DNA from: Chromera velia
Lineage: Eukaryota
Length of the DNA stretch: 49,639 nt
NCBI GenBank assembly: GCA_018398765.1
Contig: JAHBMJ010000386.1
Span: 1-49,639, forward strand
Direction: 5' to 3'
A model generated the notes under the pieces. It made no database searches. It was not told where the DNA came from and saw only the letters and a program-made list of their open reading frames with translations. Both the position numbers and the translations under genes were made by a program. Numbering within the stretch: position 1 is the first letter of the stretch; every line of letters starts with the position of its first letter. This document shows positions 48,352 through 49,639 of this stretch, piece by piece.

Positions 48352-49107
48352 CACTTGAATGTATGCAAGGCATTCTTCAGCGTGACGTGCAGCCGTGCAG
48401 TCGGACGGACTTGGAAGGTGTACAGAAAGAAGGGGAAGGCTTGGAAGAGGGGAGAGGGCAAAGGCGGAGACGGAAGTTGAGTGCATGGGGCAGTCTTGTA
48501 AATAAAGGGGGGTTGGGAGAGGAAGAGGGGCGTGCAAGGTCAGGCAGGATCAAAACAGAGGACCGGGGAAGAGAGAGGCATGTGTAAACTGAGGATCAAT
48601 CGAGGGATTTTTGGAGGAAGGGCCATTCCGTATGTGGCGATGCACGAAAACAGCCGTATATGCAGTGGTCTGTTTCGAAGGGTACCGAGGTTTCAGAGTG
48701 CGCTGCAGCAGGGAGGTGGAAGAGACTGACACAGTGAAGCTGGGAGGTAGCTAGGAGTCTGGGAGATACCGGGAGTCGAGGGAGAGTGAAAGCTCCAAAG
48801 CTGGAATCAGTTGAATGTCTAGTTGAATGTTTTTTCAATTTAAAATAAGTAATTCACGCAGGCTATACTTCTGCAAAATTCATCAACAACTTCCAATTAG
48901 AATTAGACCAATTTAATCATGCACTTCGTGACTTAAACACTGCTTTTAATATTTTTTTTTTCTTTACGGTGATCCTTAATCACTAACTTCTGTTGTGCTC
49001 CACCTTCTGGGGTCCACGCACAGGCTGCATTTCCGTCTTGCTGTGCTTTGCTAGGCCTGGCTCCGGAGGCCGGGGCCGCGCGAAGCGCGGCAAGGCTAGT
49101 GACCATG

Positions 49108-49146
49108 TTTGATTTGATTATATTTGATTTGATTTGATTTGATTTG
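49108..49146 (+). repeat. (TTTGA)n pentanucleotide tract, possibly the tail of a short retroposed element
   Basis: tttgatttgattatatttgatttgatttgatttgatttga follows a GC-rich island at about 48990-49105. Confidence 0.5.
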
Positions 49147-49639
49147 AACTTCAACCTCAAATATTTGATATTTAATTGAGGTAAGATTTGAGGTTAACCT
49201 CTTAGGGTTCCTCACTGACTTACTGTCACTCTGATCATTTTTCTTATGACAATAGTTATCAGAACATTTCTGATGTGTGTTTCAAAAATTTAAAAAAATA
49301 TATATAAAATTATAACTTATCAGTTCCGTAAAAAAAATATGTCTGTGTGGCAGTGTATATACACTAGTCACTGAGACTCACTCTAGTACTAATAGAGATT
49401 AAGAACGTAAAATTGATAGATTTGAAATTGCATATGACTTTTTGTTGATACGATAAAGTTAGAGCACGTACCAAAATTGAGGTGACAATCACTCAGCTTT
49501 ATGGCACTTCCTTTTCCTCTTCTTCATGATCACTTTCTTCAATGTGAATCGAATCGATCGGTGGTGGGAGCTGCTGAGAGCTTTTTCTCTGGCTTTTCGG
49601 CTTTCCAGGAGTGGGTGCTCCTGGGCTTCTATTTGGCTG

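Overview
Eukaryotic nuclear DNA with GT-AG introns full of microsatellites. A bipartite signal+Phe plastid presequence and an alveolate/SAR-type Rab1A suggest a chromerid alga such as Chromera (inference). Host genes: (i) a multi-exon, probably plastid-targeted membrane protein (minus, runs off the left edge); (ii) single-exon SNRNP27; (iii) an 8-exon SDR closely resembling bacterial xylitol dehydrogenase; (iv) 4-exon Rab1A; (v) a frameshifted Cys-rich-domain/ankyrin gene. Positions 4.6-31 kb are a nested transposon graveyard. An outer TIR pair holds a Copia element, which holds a Harbinger-like TIR element, which holds a LINE and a foldback. A CRE-clade non-LTR element is split by three insertions, and its N-terminal part carries UIM and PAM2 motifs. 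These relics show strong C>T/G>A erosion. The most unusual item is a 5.4-kb element at 36.27-41.72 kb with Ngaro/PAT-type split direct repeats (A...B-A-B), a structured spacer and a gag-like ORF, but no visible RT, RNase H or recombinase. All calls were made by eye; no database searches were run.
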